NCBI GenBank assembly: GCA_043768185.1
Contig: JAYVKR010000206.1
Location: forward strand, 1 to 50,275
Reading direction: 5' to 3'
Length of the DNA stretch: 50,275 nucleotides
Origin: Flavobacterium sp.
Lineage (GTDB): Bacteria; Bacteroidota; Bacteroidia; Flavobacteriales; Flavobacteriaceae
Shown one piece after another: positions 47,801-50,275 of the stretch. Numbering within the stretch: position 1 is the stretch's first letter; each line of letters starts with the position of its first letter. The notes beneath the pieces are model-generated. The model made no database searches, was not told where the DNA came from, and saw only the letters and a list, made by a program, of their open reading frames with translations. The translations under genes were made by a program, and so were the position numbers.

Positions 47801-48634
47801 CTAAGAGCCAAACAACCAATTTATTTCCCCATTTTCTTGAGAAGTTATATTTTTAAAAAAAGTTTTGGGTGTTAAACCTGTAAGTGATTTAAAATCTTTT
47901 ATAAGATGAGATTGATCATAAAACAACATATCATAACTTAAAGAAGTATAATTATTTTTAGAAGTTTTATTTATTTGAACTTTTAATGCTTCTCTAAAAC
48001 GGTGTACTTTTTTAAACTCTGATGGTGTTTTACACAAATGAATTTCAAAATGCTTGCTTAAATTCTGACGACTTGTTTTGTATTTCTTAGCCAATTCATC
48101 AATAGAATGTTCTTTTTCAAGATTTGATAAATCTATAATAACATCTTTTAAAAATGGATGTTTAAAATCTAAAATTTTAGACAACCAATAGTTTTCTATT
48201 AAATCTTGCCTTTCATCAAAATCATTTTCGTTTAAAATTTTTTTCATTTCAGTTTCATAATCATCAAATGGAAAAAAATTAGAAAAGAAATTAGAAGTGT
48301 AATTAGATAGCGGTTTATTTAAAAAAGCATTCAATCCTAAAGGTTTAAAATAAAAAGTAATTTCGTTTATAAAACCATTGTATTGAAGTTGAATTGGTTT
48401 TTTGTAACGGCAAATTAAATCTGACGAAAAAGGACTATTTTCATCCTCAGACAACAATGCATTATTTTCTGAATACTCAACTTTTATCTTTTCAAAAACC
48501 GATATTATACTGTAGTTATTTGGAAATGTTAGGTATTTAACATTCGGTTCATCTACTTTTTTAGTCAAGAAATAGTATCCTTCAATATAGTTTTGAAGAA
48601 GCTTGCTTTTGGGTTTAAAGAATTTTATTTCCAA
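47801..48634 (-). CDS. AraC-family transcriptional regulator
   Basis: C-terminal SRQNL.KHF, FYDQSHLIKDFK..TG.TP. Confidence 0.88.
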   Translation of the reverse strand: MEIKFFKPKSKLLQNYIEGYYFLTKKVDEPNVKYLTFPNNYSIISVFEKIKVEYSENNALLSEDENSPFSSDLICRYKKPIQLQYNGFINEITFYFKPLGLNAFLNKPLSNYTSNFFSNFFPFDDYETEMKKILNENDFDERQDLIENYWLSKILDFKHPFLKDVIIDLSNLEKEHSIDELAKKYKTSRQNLSKHFEIHLCKTPSEFKKVHRFREALKVQINKTSKNNYTSLSYDMLFYDQSHLIKDFKSLTGLTPKTFFKNITSQENGEINWLFGS

Positions 48635-48714
48635 AGAAATTAAAATAAATTGGTTCTGTAAATATATGAAATCAATTATATTTTAAATGTTAAATTTTAC
48701 TGAACTGTAATAAT

Positions 48715-49416
48715 TTATATTAAAATATCACTTTCTAAATCAGACTTTTCTATTTCAAAATCGAAACCAAGTTTATCAACCAATTCTATAACCAATTTTT
48801 TATACCAGTTTTCAGATTTGGGATGAATGTAAATTTTTTCAATTAGTTCATTAATATTTACATTAATTTTCAAACCATCATTAATTGCAATAGTATTAGA
48901 TGAAACATCAGAAATAATTCGAACTTCACGTTCATACTGAAAACTTTTTCGCTTAAAAAGAAATGGAAAAAAGGCATCTTCAAATGGAATGTATTCTTTT
49001 TTATAGTCGATATAATTTACTTCGCCAATAAATTGGTCGTAGTTTTTTTCGGGAATTAATGCGTTTTGTAATCGTTTTACTGTAGATTGTATGGCTAAAC
49101 CTTCACTATTTTGAGTAAAAATTTGCCACATTGCAAAACTTTCATACTCATTAATGTGCCAAGAACTAATAATTACTTTTTCGCGTTTGGACTTGTAATA
49201 ATCTAAAAACTCTGGATTGTTTTCGGATAGTTTTTTAATTTCTTCAAAGGTTGGTTCGCTAAAAGTGCCTTCGTATTGGTCTTCAAATTTGTCTGATCGT
49301 GACATAAATAATTTCTGCGAAAGCAATAAATCTAAAAATTTAGACAAGTCCAAGTATTTCCAAACAATAGTATCTGGATTTTCTGGAAGTGTGCTATTTG
49401 GATTTTGTTTATACAT
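48715..49416 (-). CDS. Conserved hypothetical protein (DUF2971-like)
   Basis: WKY.D..KF, FEDQYEG, SWH..EYES.AMW, KRKSF.YE.EVR. Confidence 0.65.
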   Translation of the reverse strand: MYKQNPNSTLPENPDTIVWKYLDLSKFLDLLLSQKLFMSRSDKFEDQYEGTFSEPTFEEIKKLSENNPEFLDYYKSKREKVIISSWHINEYESFAMWQIFTQNSEGLAIQSTVKRLQNALIPEKNYDQFIGEVNYIDYKKEYIPFEDAFFPFLFKRKSFQYEREVRIISDVSSNTIAINDGLKINVNINELIEKIYIHPKSENWYKKLVIELVDKLGFDFEIEKSDLESDILI

Positions 49417-49420
49417 AAAT

Positions 49421-49516
49421 TCAATTACAATGTCAATGTCAATTACAATTACAATGTCAATATCAATTACAATTACAATTACAATGTCAATTACAATGTC
49501 AATTACAATTTCAATG
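49421..49516. repeat. Hexamer tandem repeat (CAATTA/CAATGT), about 16 copies
   Basis: Directly visible. Confidence 0.9.
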
Positions 49517-49550
49517 GTAATATTGATTACAAATTTTAACTACAAAATTC

Positions 49551-49597
49551 TAACTCATAACCCATAACTCACAACTCATAACTCACAACTCACAACA
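49551..49597. repeat. Heptamer tandem repeat (AACTCAY)
   Basis: Same unit family as 8150..8194. Confidence 0.8.
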
Positions 49598-49603
49598 GAA
49601 AAG

Positions 49604-50275
49604 CTACTCAAAACTTTGTAAAGTAACCAAGTTAGCATACGTTCCGTTTTTAGCCAAAAGTTCTAAATGTGTTCCTTGTTCTACAATTTCGCCTTTTTTC
49701 ATCACAATAATAGTGTCTGCTTTTTGTATAGTTGATAATCTATGAGCAATTACAATTGATGTTCTGTTTTGCATCATATTTTCTAACGCCACCTGAACTA
49801 ATTTTTCACTTTCTGTATCTAGTGCAGATGTTGCTTCGTCTAGAATCATTATTGGTGGATTTTTTAAAACTGCTCTTGCAATAGACAATCGTTGTTTTTG
49901 TCCGCCAGAAAGTTTGTTTCCTGCATCACCAATGTTAGTATCGTATCCTTTTGGTAAATCTTTTACAAACTCGAACGCATTTGCAATTTTTAAAGCATTT
50001 ACTAACTCTTCATCAGTTGCATTGGGTTTTCCAATAAGAATATTATTTTTTATGGTATCATTAAAAAGAATTGAATCTTGTGTTACCAAACCAATTAATC
50101 CTCGTAACGAATTCATTGTCATATCTTTAATGTCAATTCCGTCAACTGCAATACTACCTTCTTGAACATCATAAAAACGAGTCAGTAAATTGGCAATAGT
50201 ACTTTTTCCGCTTCCAGATTGACCAACAAGAGCAACAGTTTTACCTTTTGGAACAGAGATTTTAAAGTTCTTTAA
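49604..50275 (-). CDS. ABC transporter ATP-binding domain (MsbA-like), 5' part outside the window
   Basis: Frame is open to the window end: [34 protein letters not shown]. Confidence 0.9.
   Translation of the reverse strand, partial: LKNFKISVPKGKTVALVGQSGSGKSTIANLLTRFYDVQEGSIAVDGIDIKDMTMNSLRGLIGLVTQDSILFNDTIKNNILIGKPNATDEELVNALKIANAFEFVKDLPKGYDTNIGDAGNKLSGGQKQRLSIARAVLKNPPIMILDEATSALDTESEKLVQVALENMMQNRTSIVIAHRLSTIQKADTIIVMKKGEIVEQGTHLELLAKNGTYANLVTLQSFE

Noticed and set aside
49217-49567. 116-aa ORF with ITMSITIT repeats
   Set aside because: Artefact of the stop-free hexamer repeat, and antisense to a real gene.
4075-50165. Other short overlapping ORFs in the track (e.g. 4075, 9624, 9659, 10391, 10715, 10806, 11981, 12265, 15800, 17773, 18346, 20591, 21784, 22777, 25198, 25544, 30847, 31325, 31676, 32390, 33064, 33903, 40685, 44618, 49914)
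   Set aside because: They lie antisense or out of frame within well-supported genes and show no recognisable motifs.

Overview
AT-rich Flavobacterium-like (Bacteroidota) chromosomal window. Left end: edge of an integrative element (tyrosine integrase just 3' of tRNA-Met(CAT), with several short phased repeat arrays). Then core genes (START-like, class IV aminotransferase, YqgE, HU, fmt, RecQ-like, murA, aroQ, two OM beta-barrels, xerD). Between xerD and rny lies a ~12.7 kb block: two tandem PAS-histidine kinase/receiver pairs, then an apparent RiPP system: a Ser/Thr kinase with an N-terminal PqqD/RRE-like domain, a C39 peptidase ABC transporter, HlyD, TolC, and an array of five double-glycine precursor genes (four missed by the ORF track) with Lys-rich/poly-Ser cores. 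Each precursor gene has its own terminator and a conserved, pseudoknot-capable 5' motif. No lyase or cyclase is seen, so the predicted products are secreted poly-phosphoserine peptides (inference). Right part: rny, 6S RNA, zapA, a zapB-like gene, M23 peptidase, TonB-dependent receptor, and a minus-strand run of secreted hydrolases and regulators, one split at an in-frame A_AAA_AAG site. All calls are by eye from motifs; no database searches were run.
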